From Eledone cirrhosa (Eukaryota), in contig OZ024746.1 in assembly GCA_964016885.1 (NCBI GenBank), forward strand, positions 78,430,001-78,494,000: a DNA stretch of 64,000 bases, written 5' to 3'. Below the pieces are notes generated by a model. It made no database searches. It saw only the letters and a program-made list of their open reading frames with translations, and had not been told where the DNA came from. The position numbers and the translations under genes were made by a program. Below, one piece after another: positions 35,100-50,117 of this stretch (its first letter is position 1; each line of letters begins with the position of its first letter).

Positions 35100-38000
35100 T
35101 TGTGTTGTTATTGACATTGGTGGTGTGGTGTAGTGTTGTTATTGACATTGGTGGTGTGGTGTAGTGTTGTTATTGACATTGGTGGTGTGGTGTAGTGTTG
35201 TTATTGACATTGGTGGTGTGGTGTAGTGTTGTTATTGACATTGGTGGTGTGGTGTAGTGTTGTTATTGACATTAGTGGTGTGGTGTAGTGTTGTTATTGA
35301 CATTGGTGGTGTGGTGTAGTGTTGTTATTGATATTTGGTGGTGTGGTGTAGTGTTGTTATTGACATTGGTGGTGTGGTGTAGTGTTGTTATTGACATTAG
35401 TGGTGTGATGTAGTGTTGTTATTGACATTGGTGGTGTGGTGTAGTGTTGTTATTGACATTGGTGGTGTGGTGTAGTGTTGTTATTGACATTGGTGGTGTA
35501 GTGTAGTGTTGTTATTGACATTGGTGGGGTGGTGTAGTGTTGTTATTGGGGTGGTGGTGTGGTGTAGTGTTGTTATTGACATTGGTAGTGTGGTGTAGTG
35601 TTGTTATTGACATTGGTGGTGTGGTGTAGTGTTGTTATTGGGGTGGTGGTGTGGTGTAGTGTTGTTATTGACATTGGTGGCGTGGTGTAGTGTTGTTATT
35701 GACATTGGTGGTGTGGTGTAGTGTTGTTATTGACATTGGTGGTGTGGTGTAGTGTTGTTATTGACATTGGTGGTGTGGTGTAGTGTTGTTATTGACATTG
35801 GTGGGGTGGTGTAGTGTTGTTATTGACATTGGTGGTGTGGTGTAGTGTTGTTATTGACATTGGTGGGGTGGTGTAGTGTTGTTATTGACATTGGTGGGGT
35901 GGTGTAATGTTGTTATTGGGGTGGTGGGGTGGTGTAGTGTTGTTATTGACATTGGTGATGTGGTGTAGTGTTGTTATTGACATTGGTGGTGTGGTGTAGT
36001 GTTGTTATTGACATTGGTGGCGTGGTGTAGTATTGTTATTGACATTGGTGGTGTGGTGTAGTGTTGTTATTGACATTGGTGGGGTGGTGTAGTGTTGTTA
36101 TTGACATTGGTGGGGTGGTGTAGTGTTGTTATTGACATTGGTGGGGTGGTGGGGTGGTGGGGTGTTGTTATTGACATTGGTGGTGTGGTGTAGTGTTGTT
36201 ATTGACATTGGTGGGGTGGTGTAGTGTTGTTATTGACATTGGTGGTGTGGTGTAGTGTTGTTATTGACATTGGTGGTGTGGTGTAGTGTTGTTATTGACA
36301 TTAGTGGTGTGGTGTAGTGTTGTTATTGACATTGGTGGTGTGGTGTAGTGTTGTTATTGACATTGGTGGTGTGGTGTAGTGTTGTTATTGACATTGGTGG
36401 TGTGGTGTAGTGTTGTTATTGACATTGGTGGTGTGGTGTAGTGTTGTTATTGACATTAATGGTGTGGTGTAGTGTTGTTATTGACATTGGTGGTGTGGTG
36501 TAGTGTTGTTATTGACATTGGTGGTGTGGTGTAGTGTTGTTATTGACATTGGTGGGGTGGTGTAGTGTTGTTATTGACATTGGTGGGTTGGTGTAGTGTT
36601 GTTATTGACATTGGTGGTGTGGTGTAGTGTTGTTATTGACATTGGTGGTGTGATGTAGTGTTGTTATTGACATTGGTGGTGTGGTGTAGTGTTGTTATTG
36701 ACATTGGTGGTGTGGTGTAGTGTTGTTATTGACATTGGTGGTGTGGTGTAGTGTTGTTATTGACATTAGTGGTGTGGTGTAGTGTTGTTATTGACATTGG
36801 TGGTGTGGTGTAGTGTTGTTATTGACATTGGTGGGGTGGTGTAGTGTTGTTATTGACATTGGTGGGGTGGTGTAGTGTTGTTATTGACATTGGTGGGTTG
36901 GTGTAGTTATTGTTATTGACATTGGTGGTGTGGTGTAGTGTTGTTATTGACATTGGTGGTGTGGTGTACTGTTGTTATTGACATTGGTGGTGTGGTGTAG
37001 TGTTGTGATTGACATTGGTGGTGTGGTTTAGTGTTGTTATTGACATTGGTGGTGTGGTGTAGTGTTGTTATTGGGGTGGTGGTGTGGTGTAGTGTTGTTA
37101 TTGACATTGGTGGGGTGGTGTAGTGTTGTTATTGACATTGGTGGGGTGGTGTAGTGTTGTTATTGACATTTGTGGTGTGGTGTAGTGTTGTTATTGACAT
37201 TTGTGGTGTGGTGTAGTGTTGTTATTGATATTGGTGATGTGGTGTAGTGTTGTTATTGACATTGGTGGTGTGGTGTAGTGTTGTTATTGACATCGGTGGG
37301 GTGGTGTAGTGTTGTTATTGACATTGGTGGGGTGGTGTAGTGTTGTTATTGACATTTGTGGTGTGGTGTAGTGTTGTTATTGACATTGGTGGTGTGGTGT
37401 AGTGTTGTTATTGACATTGGTGGTGTGGTGTAGTGTTGTTATTGACATTGGTGGGGTGGTGTAGTGTTGTTATTGACATTGGTGGGGTGGTGTAGTGTTG
37501 TTATTGACATTGGTGGTGTGGTGTAATGTTGTTATTGGGGTGGTGGTGTGGTGTAGTGTTGTTATTGACATTGGTGGTGTGGTGTAGTGTTGTTATTGAC
37601 ATTAGTGGTGTGGTGTAGTGGTGTTATTGACATTGGTGGTGTGGTGTAGTGTTGTTATTGACATTGGTGGTGTGGTGTAGTGTTGTTATTGACATGGTGG
37701 GGTGGTGTAGTGTTGTTATTGACATTGGTGGGGTGGTGTAGTGTTCTTATTGACATTGGTGGGGTGGTGTAGTGTTGTTATTGAGATTGGTGGGGTGGTG
37801 TAGTGTTGTTATTGACATTAGTGGTGTGGTGTAGTGTTGTTATTGACATTGGTGGGGTGGTGCAGTGTTGTTATTGACATTGGTGGTGTGGTGTAGTATT
37901 GTTGTTGACATTGGTGGTGTGGTGTAGTGTTGTTATTGACATTGGTGGTGTGGTGTAGTGTTGTTATTGACATTGGTGGTGTGGTGTAGTGTTGTTATTG

Positions 38001-39905
38001 ACATTGGTGGGGTGGTGTAGTGTTGTTATTGACATTGGTGGTGTGGTGTAATGTTGTTATTGGGGTGGTGGTGTGGTGTAGTGTTGTTATTGACATTGGT
38101 GGTGTGGTGTAGTGTTGTTATTGACATTAGTGGTGTGGTGTAGTGTTGTTATTGACATTGGTGGTGTGGTGTAGTGTTGTTATTGACATTGGTGGTGTGG
38201 TGTAGTGTTGTTATTGACATTGGTGGGGTGGTGTAGTGTTGTTATTGACATTGGTGGGGTGGTGTAGTGTTCTTATTGACATTGGTGGGGTGGTGTAGTG
38301 TTGTTATTGACATTGGTGGGGTGGTGTAGTGTTGTTATTGACATTAGTGGTGTGGTGTAGTGTTGTTATTGACATTGGTGGTGTGGTGTAGTGTTGTAAT
38401 TGACATTGGTGGTGTGGTGTAGTGTTGTTATTGACATTGGTGGGGTGGTGTAGTGTTGTTATTGACATTAGTGGTGTGGTGTAGTGTTGTTATTGACATT
38501 GGTGGTGTAGTGTAGTGTTGTTATTGACATTGGTGGGATGGTGTAGTGTTGTTATTGACATTAGTGGTGTGGTGTAGTGTTGTTATTGACATTGGTGGTG
38601 TGGTGTAGTGTTGTTATTGACATTGGTGGTGTGGTGTAGTGTTATTGACATTGGTGGTGTGGTGTAGTGTTGTTATTGACATTGGTGGGGTGGTGTAGTG
38701 TTATTGACATTGGTGGTGTGGTGTAGTGTTGTTATTGACATTGGTGGTGTGGTGTAGTGTTGTTATTGACATTGGTAGTGTGGTGTAGTGTTTTTATTGA
38801 CATTGGTGGTGTGGTGTAGTGTTTTTATTGACATTGGTGGTGTGGTGTAGTGTTGTTATTGACATTGGTGGTGTGGTGTAGTGTTGTTATTGACATTGGT
38901 GGTGTGGTGTAGTGTTGTTATTGACATTGGTGGTGTGGTGTAGTGTTGTTATTGACATTGGTGGGGTGGTGTAGTGTTATTGACATTGGTGGGGTGGTGT
39001 AGTGTTATTGACATTGGTGGTGTGGTGTAGTGTTGTTATTGACATTGGTAGTGTGGTGTAGTGTTTTTATTGACATTGGTGGTGTGGTGTAGTGTTTTTA
39101 TTGACATTGGTGGTGTGGTGTAGTGTTGTTATTGACATTGGTGGTGTGGTGTAGTGTTGTTATTGACATTGGTGGTGTGGTGTAGTGTTGTTATTGACAT
39201 TGGTGGGGTGGTGTAGTATTGTTATTGACATTGGTGGCGTGGTGTAGTGTTGTTATTGACATTGGTGGGGTGGTGTAATGTTGTTATTGACATTGGTGGT
39301 GTGGTGTAGTGTTGTTATTGACATTGGTGGTGTAGTGTAGTGTTGTTATTGACATTGGTGGTGTGGTGTAGTGTTGTTATTGATATTGGTGGTGTGGTGT
39401 AGTGTTGTTATTGACATTGGTGGTGTGGTGGGGTGTTGTTATTGACATTGGTGGGGTGGTGTAGTGTTGTTATTGACATTGGTGGGGTGGTGGGGTGTTG
39501 TTATTGACATTGGTGGTGTGGTGTAGTATTGTTATTGACATTGGTGGGGTGGTGTAGTGTTGTTATTGACATTGGTGGGGTGGTGTAGTGTTGTTATTGA
39601 CATTGGTGGTGTGGTGTAGTGTTGTTATTGACATTGGTGGGGTGGTGTAATGTTGTTATTGGGGTGGTGTAGTGTTGTTATTGACATTGGTGGTGTGGTG
39701 TAGTGTTGTTATTGACATTGGTGGGGTGGTGTAATGTTGTTATTGGGGTGGTGGGGTGTTGTTATTGACATTAGTGGTGTGGTGGGGTGTAGTAGTGTTA
39801 TGGACATTGGTGGTGTGGTGTAGTGTTGTTATTGGGGTGGTTGGGTGTTGTTATTGACATTGGTGGTGTGGTGGGGTGTAGTAGTGTTATGGACATTGGT
39901 GGTGT
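35100..39905. repeat. 4.8-kb minisatellite of 31-bp units
   Basis: Unit attgacattggtggtgtggtgtagtgttgtt. Confidence 0.97.
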
Positions 39906-40756
39906 GGAGTTGTTATTGTAATTGTTGGTGTTGTGTGCTGTTTTTTGTGGTGGGATGTTGGCTGTTGTTGATGTTGATGATGATCGTGATGATGATGTTG
40001 GTGTTGATGATGATGATGGTGTTGATGATGGTGATAGTGATGATGATGCTGGTGATGATGGTGTTAATGATGATGATGATGATGTATGTGATGTGGTTTG
40101 AGGAGGTTGTCATTATTGGTTTTATTTTTCTTCATGCTATTGACACATGATATAACAATGATAATAATAATAACGATGATGATGATGATGATGGTTGGTT
40201 CTGTCATCATTGTTGGCGTACCGTGTCATTGTTGGTGTTGTTGTTGTTGTTGTTGTTGCCTGTTATTTGATGTTGTTGGCTAATGGTGATGTTGTTGTCA
40301 TTATTGGTGATATCATTATTGGCGTCATTGGATGATGATGATGATGATGATAGTGATGATGATGATGATGATATTATTGGTGTTATTGGTTGAAGATGTT
40401 GTCCGTGTTGTTGTTGTTGTTGTTGTTGTTGTTGTCATTGATAGTGTGTTTGTTATTGTTCATGTTGTGATTGTTATTGTTGTCATTGATGGTGTCAGTT
40501 GTCTAATGCACTAAAAACAAATAAAAACAACACCATAAAAAAAAACAAAAAAAAACACCACCATGAACAACAACAACAACAACAACAACAGCAACAACAA
40601 GAACAACTACAGCAGCAGCAACAACAAAAACAACAAAGCGATAAATAACTGTACATTACATGTTAGTCTAAATTAGAAATAATTGTTGTGTTGCTGATGA
40701 GCTTCTACTCCCCTACTTTACCCTACCCTACTCCCCCCCCCCGTCCGCTACACCTC

Positions 40757-40816
<60 letters not shown>

Positions 40817-40985
40817 TTGCACGGTGTTGGAGAAAGAAAGATGTTAGAACCAACCAACTGCAGCCTTGTATCTGCCTCTGACGTCACCATGCAACTTTTA
40901 CAAATTAATGATAATGTTGTTAGCGGCGTGCATCAAAGGACTGCAATTAATTTATAAAGCTGAAAATCCTTTTGTTAAATGGCTT

Positions 40986-41022
<37 letters not shown>

Positions 41023-41743
41023 GGTCGTGGTTGTCGTGGTTGTCATTGGTGTCGAGGGAGGATGGTGTTGGTGGTGTTGGAAATGGTGTTGATGTCGTTG
41101 GTGGTGTTTTGGGCTTTTTTAGTTGTTGTTGTTATTGTTGTTGTTGTTGTTGTTGTTGTTGTAGTTGCTGTAGTTGTTGTTGTTGTTGTGGTCGTTGTTG
41201 TCGTGGTTGTCATTGGTGTCGAGGGAGGATGGTGTTGGTGGTGTTGGAAATGGTGTTGATGTCGTTGGTGGTGTTTTGGGCTTTTGTTGTTGTTGTTGTT
41301 GTTGTTGTTGTGGCGGCTGTCTTTACTGATGTTGTTGGTGGTGTTGTTGGTGCAGTTGTTGTTGCTGTTGCTGTTGTCAGTGCCATTCTGGAAGCTGTTG
41401 TTAATGTTGTCATTGTTGTTGTCAATATTGCTGTTATTGTTGTTGCTGTCATTGTTTGTTTTATTTGTTTTATAGCAATATATATTTATTTATTAGCATC
41501 TCTTCTTGTTTATGATCCACTCTCACTACCCCTCATGATCATTCCTTCCCTCCGTCCATCTTTCTATTCCCCCCCCCCTCCCACCATTTCTCACTGTGTC
41601 TATTTCTATTCTACCATTTTTTTTTTTCGTTAGCTATTAATTCTTTCATCATCATCATCACTGCCAACATTGTTGTTGTTGTTGTTATTATTGTTATTAT
41701 TATTATTATTATTGTTGTTGTTCTTTGAGTCTCAGTCATTGAC

Positions 41744-41776
<33 letters not shown>

Positions 41777-41787
41777 GTTATTATTAT

Positions 41788-41932
41788 TGGTAGAGTGTCA
41801 GACGCCATGCCTTGTTCTGAGTTTAAATCCCTCCGAGGTTAACTTTGCCTTTCATTAAAATAAAGTACCAGTAATGCACTGGGGTAATTGCTGGCATTGT
41901 GCCAATAGTAGAAACAATTATTATTATTATTA
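41788..41932 (+). mobile_element. SINE family A with internal deletions, within (TTA)n
   Basis: Family match; a similar deleted copy lies at 43899-43988. Confidence 0.75.
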
Positions 41933-43491
41933 CTGATATGAGAGTTGTAGATTGGCAGAATCATTAGAACGTTGGACTAAATGCTTTGCAAGCATTTAGT
42001 TACTGTCCTTTCTGCTCTGACCAAGATTAACTCTGCCTTTCTCCCTTCTGGGGTTGATAAAATAAAGTACCAGTCAAGTACTGGGATCAATTTAATCAAC
42101 CCCACTCCCCACACATTGCAGGCCTTGTGCCTAAGTCAGAAACCACTGCAATGGTATGTTGGTAAAATATAGTGAAGTGCTGAAAGTGCTCGACTGTATC
42201 TTGCATTGTTTAGTTTTCATGCACATGTGTTCTGAGTTAAACTCTTACCAGAATTCACCTTGCCTTTCGTCCTTCAGAAACAAAATAAGGGAGCCTCTAT
42301 GTGATTGTCTGACCTACTAGAAATAACAGCCAAATTTTCTTTAAATGTAAACTCACCATCTTTTAACAGAAAAAAAAAGACATTAAATCATTAAATGTAC
42401 TCTTAGATGCACTATACCGTCTTAGTTATAATTGTTATACACTCTAACATAAATGTGAAAAAAGTGAGTCCGGTCTAATGCTATCCATGAAATAAGCAAA
42501 TACCCCCCTCCCCCATAAACCTAAACCCAACTTAAACTACAAAATACACACCACAAAAAACACACCCATCAAACCCATGCCCCAAACACACTCCTATGCA
42601 TACCAATAACAAACCCACTTTAATTACTGGTATGGAAGTGATATGGACATCATCAGGCTGCAGTCATCTTATTATGTATTTTCTATCCTCTGGGATGTGT
42701 TACATATTTTTACAGTGTCATTAATGGCTTGTAGCTGTAATTTAGCTCTAATTAGCCATGTCTCTTCTTTCTGGTTTGGTGACTCCCACCTTCTCAAGAT
42801 TGGATGATAAGGCAGTTAATTACACAACCAGGTGTCCCAATAATTACAATGTTTCTATGTACAAGGTTGGCTGAAATGTTCTGACAAAGATACTCTCATG
42901 GAATGACCAAATGAGGTTCATTTTCCAGTATAGTCCTTGGAAAAAAAAAGCAATGCAGTTATTAATATGAAGAGTTGCAATTAATGCATGCAAGATTTCA
43001 CAGCTCTATCATCAATCCTTCATAGTCAGGATATGAACTTTTCAGCCAACCCTTCTATGTAGGCAGAAAATCAACAAAGTTGTTAGAGCACCAAATTAAA
43101 TACCTTACAGTGTTTGTTTCCTCTGTCGGCACTCCGGGTTCAAATCCTGTCAAGGCCAGCTTTGTTATTTTTATTCTTTTGGTGGGATTGATAAATGAAG
43201 TACCAGTTCAGAATGGTGGAATGGTAAAACTGTTAGAGCATCAGATGGGATGTTTTATAGTTGTATCTCTCTTGGCTTTTTGCGTTCTCAGTTCACTTGT
43301 GATGTCACTGGTACCAAGCTGTATTAGCCCTTACACAACTTTGGTAGTGTAGAAAATGGGGAAGATGTTCATGCATGGTGGCAAGTTGTGATCTTCCACA
43401 AAAAATCCATCCTTGCCACTGGGGTTAATTTAAACCCCCCTCCCCCCAATTGCTGGCCTTGTGCCTATAGTAGAAATCATTATTATTATTA

Positions 43492-43660
43492 TCCACTTGT
43501 CGCAACAGCATTTGTTGCTGATGATGTAATATTGGTGCCAGCTGTCCACAACTAGTGGACTGAGGTGGCACCTTCAATTGAGAAGCACTTTCCTGAGTAT
43601 TCTAGCAGTTCCAAGGAGTATGGTTTTCTGTAAGGGGCCCCACCCTGATATTGGCCCCAA
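43492..43660 (-). mobile_element. 3' end of an R4/Dong-like (restriction-like endonuclease) non-LTR retrotransposon
   Basis: Minus strand 43633-43574 encodes LQKTILLGTARILRKVLLN*, followed by a short UTR and (TAA)n. Confidence 0.7.
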
Positions 43661-43799
43661 TTGGCAGTATTTGTAGAGCATGAGACAAGATGTTTAGTGG
43701 CACAATATTATTATTATTATTGTTATATTTATGCATAGTTTATTTTATATTTTTATATTTTCATTGTTAAATTAGTCTTGCCATTGTGCACTTTTACTC

Positions 43800-43898
43800 C
43801 ACCTTATTGTAAACCCCCACTGTCCCTGTCTTTGTATTGTCTCCTACATGTCGGCCCTGGTGGCTAATAAATGAAATCATTATTATTATTATTATTAT
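43800..43898 (+). mobile_element. 3' end of a non-LTR element with AATAAA and (TTA)n tail (L1/Tx1-like); inverted copy at about 58810-58900
   Basis: aaacccccactgtccctgtctttgtattgtctcc...ggctaataaatgaaatcattattatt; reverse-complement match at 58826-58900. Confidence 0.55.
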
Positions 43899-44867
43899 TG
43901 GTAGAGCGTCAGACGCCATGCTTTGTTCTGAGTTCAAATCCCGCCGAGGTTAACTTTGCCTTTCAATAAAATGAAGTACCAGTAATGCTACCACCACTAA
44001 CACCACCACCACCACCACTAACACTGCCACCACTAACACCGCCACCACTGCTACCACCACTAACACCACCACATCTAATACGACCACCTCTAACACCACC
44101 ACCTCTAACACCACCACCTCTGCTACCATCACTGCCACCACCACCACCTCTAAAACAACCATCACCACCACTACCACCACCTCTAACACAACCGCCACCA
44201 CCACTAACATCACCACCACTGCCACCACCACCACTAACACCACCACCACCACCCACCACCACTAACACCACCACCATTACCATCATCATGCCTTATTATT
44301 TCTGAATTATGATGATAATCATAAAACATCACCACTACCATCCCCACTGTCACCACAACCACCACCCCACTGTCACCACAACCACCACTACCATCCCCAC
44401 TGTCACCACAACCACCACCCCCACTGTCACCACAACCAACACTACCATCCCCACTGTCACCACAACCACCACCCCACTGTCACCACAACCACCACTACCA
44501 TCCCCACTGTCACCACCACCACCACTACCATCATCACCCCAACCTTCACCGCCACCATCATTACTACAATCACCACCATCATCATCATCATCATTTTCCA
44601 AATCACACAAATCATTGTTCCCCCCCCCCTCCCACCCCTCACCGCCACGTTCACAACACTCTTTACCATCATTACAATTTACAATTATTTCTAAATCACA
44701 ACAAACATCGCCACCACCGCCACCACCATCGCCACCTCCACCACTACCACCACCACCAATACCACCACCACCACCACCACAACAACAACAACAACAATCA
44801 TCGTTGTCATCATCATCATCATTTACAAATTGTGACAATCATAATCACCTCTATAACCATCATCATC

Positions 44868-45863
44868 ATCTCTCTCATCCTCACCACCACCACTGCCACC
44901 AGCACCACAATAACCATCACCATCATCTCTCTCATCCCCACCACCACCACTGCCACCAGCACCACAATTATCATCATCATCACCATCATCTCTCTCATCC
45001 CCACCATCACCACTGCCACCAGCACCACAATTATCATCATCATCATCTCTCTCATCCCCACCACCACCACTGCCACCAGCACCACAATTATCATCATCAT
45101 CACCATCATCTCTCTCATCCCCACCACCACCACTGCCACCAGCACCACAATTATCATCATCATCACCATCATCTCTCTCATCCCCACCACCACCACTGCC
45201 ACCAGCACCACAATTATCATCATCATCACCATCATCTCTCTCATCCCCACCACCACCACTGCCACCAGCACCACAATTATCATCATCATCATCTCTCTCA
45301 TCCCCACCACCACCACCACTGCCACCAGCACCACAATAACCATCACCATCATCTCTCTCATCCCCACCACCACCACTGCCACCAGCACCACAATAACCAT
45401 CACCATCATCTCTCTCATCCCCACCACCACCACTGCCACCAGCATCACAATAACCATCACCATCACCATCATCTCTCTCATCCCCACCACCACCACTGCC
45501 ACCAGCACCACAATAACCATCACCATCATCTCTCTCATCCCCACCACCACCACTGCCACCAGCACCACAATAACCATCACCATCATCTCTCTCATCCCCA
45601 CCATCACCACTGCCACCAGCACCACAATTATCATCATCATCACCATCATCTCTCTCATCCCCACCACCACCACTGCCACCAGCACCACAATAACCATCAC
45701 CATCATCTCTCTCATCCCCACCACCACCACTGCCACCAGCACCACAATAACCATCACCATCATCTCTCTCATCCCCACCACCACCACTGCCACCAGCACC
45801 ACAATAACCATCACCATCATCTCTCTCATCCCCACCATCACGACTGCCACCAGCACCACAATT

Positions 45864-45870
<7 letters not shown>
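44868..45870. repeat. 57-63-bp CAC/CAT-rich minisatellite
   Basis: Unit tctctctcatccccaccaccaccactgccaccagcaccacaa(t/ta)...catca; source of the His-rich ORF in the track. Confidence 0.93.
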
Positions 45871-45895
<25 letters not shown>

Positions 45896-46318
45896 TTACA
45901 AATTATGACAATCTTAACAACTGTCGACACCACCGCCACAATCAGTACCATTATCACCTTCAACACCACCACCAACACCACCACCACCAACACCACCACC
46001 ATTACCACCACCACCACCAACACCACTACTACCAACACCACCACCACTACCACCACCACCACCACTACCACCACCGCCACCACCATCATAATTATCAACA
46101 TCAGATACCATTATTTACAAATTATAACAATCTTGCTACCATCATGACAATCACAACCATCATCATAATCATCATCATCATCATCATTATAATCATCATT
46201 ATAATCATCATCATCATTGTCATTGTTTCTGTTTTAGTCTTTTCAAACCAAGACATTCATTGCAACCACCACCAGCACCACCACCACCACCATAACTATT
46301 GTAATGTTGATGGGAGGC

Positions 46319-46394
<76 letters not shown>

Positions 46395-47254
46395 TATCAT
46401 TATCATCATCATTTCAGATTTTAGTCTTTTCAAACCACGATAATTATTGCCACCACTACCACCACCATCACCCTAACTATAGTGATGATGATGATGATGA
46501 TGATGACCATCATCATCATCATCTTCACAATCATTACCACCACCACCACCACCACCACCACCACCACCACCACCACACCACCACCACCACCACACCACCA
46601 CCACCACCACAGCACCATAATAATTAGTATTATTTCCAAATCATAACACTCCTTTATGTTATATGAAGAAGAAAAAAAATCCCAAAACAATTTATATATA
46701 AAAATATTTTTAAAATCAGGGAGTTGGGTTTGGAGAGGGGTGTATGTAGTGTGTGTGTGTGGGGGGGGGGGCATAGAAAATGTCATTGCAGCATCACATG
46801 GGGGAATATTATGAGGTGGGGGTGGGGGGGTGAGGGATGAATTTGAGGTGAAAGAATATTTGGTGTTGGTGGGGAGGGTGAATTGGAGGAGGAGGAATAT
46901 TTAGAGTGGTTGTGGTGGGGAGGTGGAGTGTGTGTGTGTGGAGGGGGGAGTGAAGATAAAAAAATTGAATACATTTTAAAAGTATTAGTGTAATTGAAAC
47001 ATGAACAACAACAACTGCAACAACAACAGTATAGCCAGAATGAAAACAGCAGTAACAATGAAAACAGTACTAGTAACAACAACAACAACAACAACACATA
47101 TAGCTACAGTAACACAACAGTAACAATAACAACTGTAACAACAACAATATCAACTGCCATATGACATGACAACAGTAACAACAACTGTAACAACAATAAT
47201 AGTAACAAAATCAACTGCCATAATGACATAACAACGACAACAGTAACAACAACA

Positions 47255-47740
47255 ACAGATATAGCTACAGTAACACAACAACTATAACAACAACAACAGA
47301 TATAGCTACAGTAACACAACTATAACAACAACAACAGATATAGCTACAGTAACACAACAACTATAACAACAACAACAGATATAGCTACAGTAACACAACA
47401 ACTATAACAACAACAGATATAGCTACAATAACACAACAACTATAACAACAACAACAGATATAGCTACAGTAACACAACTATAACAACAACAACAGTAACA
47501 ACAACAGATATAGCTACAGTAACACAACTATAACAACAACAGATATAGCTACAGTAACACAACAACTATAACAACAACAACAGATATAGCTACAGTAACA
47601 CAACAACTATAACAACAACAACAGATATAGCTACAGTAACACAACAACTATAACAACAACAACAGATATAGCTACAGTAACACAACTATAACAACAACAA
47701 CAGATATAGCTACAGTAACACAACAACTATAACAACAACA
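47255..47740. repeat. About 38-44-bp AAC-rich minisatellite
   Basis: Unit aacagatatagctacagtaacacaac(aac)tataac(aac)n. Confidence 0.9.
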
Positions 47741-48000
47741 ACACTAACAATATCAACTGCCATAATGACATGACAACAACAGTAACAACAACACATAGCT
47801 ACAGTAACACAACAGCAACAACAACTGTAACAACAACAATATCAACTGCCATAATGACATGACAACAACAGTAACAACAACAACACATATAGCTAGAGTA
47901 ACACAACAGTAACAACAACAATATCAACTGCCATAATGACATGACAACAACAGTAACAACAACAACTGTAACAGCAATAATCGTAACAATATCAACTGTA

Positions 48001-48186
48001 ATAATTGTTTCTACTTTTGGCACAAGGCCAGCAATTATCCCAGTGTATTACTGGTACTTTATTTTATCAACCGTAAGGATGAAAGGCAAAGTTGAGCTCG
48101 GCGGGATTTGAACTCAGACTGTAAAGGGTCATAACTCTATGCTGCAAGGCATGGCGTCCGACCTTCTCCCGTTATTGCCAATCCAC
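48001..48186 (-). mobile_element. SINE family A
   Basis: Reverse complement of the 25374 copy. Confidence 0.8.
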
Positions 48187-50077
48187 CGTCAACAACAGTA
48201 ACAACAACAACAGTAACAGTAACAACAAAAACAACTATAACAACAGTAACAACAACACAGCTACAATAACAACAACTGTAACAACAACAACATCTGTAAC
48301 AATATCAACTGCAATATTAACATTACAACAACAACATATATAGCTACAATAACAACTGTAACAACAACAACAACTGTAACAATATCAACTGCAATATTAA
48401 CATTACAACAACAACAGTAACAGAAATAACAATAATTATAACAACAGTAACAACAACAATAACAGCTGCAGCTGCATTTGAAACTTTAGAATATTTGCCA
48501 ATAAATGCACAATAACCACAAAAAATAGGCAAATCAAACAAAAAGCAAACTCTAAGAGAATGTGGAAGATTAGAACTGGTTACCCTCAGGACAAAAATGT
48601 GATTTTTCTATGGCAATGGTGAGAGGTTCAATGACTTGTTTCACTTCTCTCTCTCTCCCTCTCTCTCCCTCCCTCTCCCCCTCTCTCTCCCTCTCTCTCT
48701 CTCCCTCCCCCTCCCCCTCTCTCTCCCCCTCTCTCTCTCTCTCTCTCTCCCTCCCTCCCCTCTCTCTCCCTCTCTCTCTCCCTCTCTCTCTCTCTCTCTC
48801 CCTCTCAAATTCTCTTGTTTCAGTCTCTCATCTTTCCCCTTCTCTGTTTCCTTCTACCCCCCCCCCTCTCTCGATGTCCTCCCCCCTCTCTCTCTATCAT
48901 TTATCTTCTCATATTCTCTTGTTTCAGTCTTTCTTCTCTCTCATCTCTCCCCTTCTCTATGTTTCCTTCTAACCTCTCTCCCTCCCCCTCCCTCTCTCGA
49001 TGTTTCCCCACCCCCCTCTCTCTACCATTTATCTTCTCATATTCTCTTGTTTCAGTCTTTCCTCTCTCTCATCTCTCCCCTTCTCTAAGTTTCCTTCTAA
49101 CCTCTTCCCACCCCTCTCTCTTTCTCTCTATGTTTCCCTCTGCCTCTGTTCCACCATTCTCTGTTAACATTTAAATGATACTTCCTTCTTTCTTTCTCTC
49201 TCTCATATTGTTTTTTTTTCTTCTTTTTTTTCTCTTTCTTTACTTTAATTCAATACTGTTTGATCTCTCTCACTCTCTCCCTATATATCTCCCTTCCTCC
49301 TTCCTGCCATCTCTCTCTCTCTTTCATATTCCTTTATTTTTCTTTTCTTTTTTTTTTTTTTCTTGTGAGAATCTGCCATTGTTGTTTTATTTTGTATTGT
49401 TTTCTATTTTTCTATCTTATTCCTGTTTGATTTTAGTTTTGATATATTTTTTCTTTTCCTTTTTAACAAACTTTTGTTGTTTTTTTTTTTCCTCCTTCCC
49501 CCTTACTGTCTTTTTCTCTATTTTGTTCATTTGTTTATTTATTTCTATTTGTTTCCTTTCTCAACCAACCATCAACACCCCATGCTTTCCCCTCAATCCA
49601 CCATACTTTTATAAAATCCTTTTCCTTCCTTTCCATGTTCTTGTCTCCTTCCATGTCGCTCACTTCCAATAATCTAATTTACCATACTACACAGTTATTG
49701 CCTGCCATTCCCAATGCAAAATTCTTCTATTCATGGGCTGGAAAAACCCGAGAAAAAATTTTTTTTACTCACTAGAACAATGAATTTGTTCGCTTTAGGT
49801 TCAATTCTCATGAAATATGCTTTTTTATTTTGTTTTTTTTACATTGTTTCTATTTTTTTCTTAATTCTATCAATATATACCTATTTTTCCTTGTTTTGTT
49901 TTTTTTCTCGTTCAAATGATGGTGGGCGGTGGGGCATTTTTCTGGTGTTTATTTATTTTCTTTTTTTCTCCTATTTATTTTCGTCGTTGTTTCAATGTGA
50001 GAATTTAGGAATGAGGAGTTTTTAATTCTGTTTGTTTAACTTACAGCCTTATTGCAAAAAATAAGATTATTATTATT

Positions 50078-50117
<40 letters not shown>

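Noticed and set aside
44309-46147. 612-aa His/Pro/Thr-rich ORF resembling cephalopod histidine-rich proteins
   Set aside because: Arises from CAC/CAT minisatellite units whose lengths are multiples of 3. It is open in several frames on both strands and has no signal peptide or splice support.
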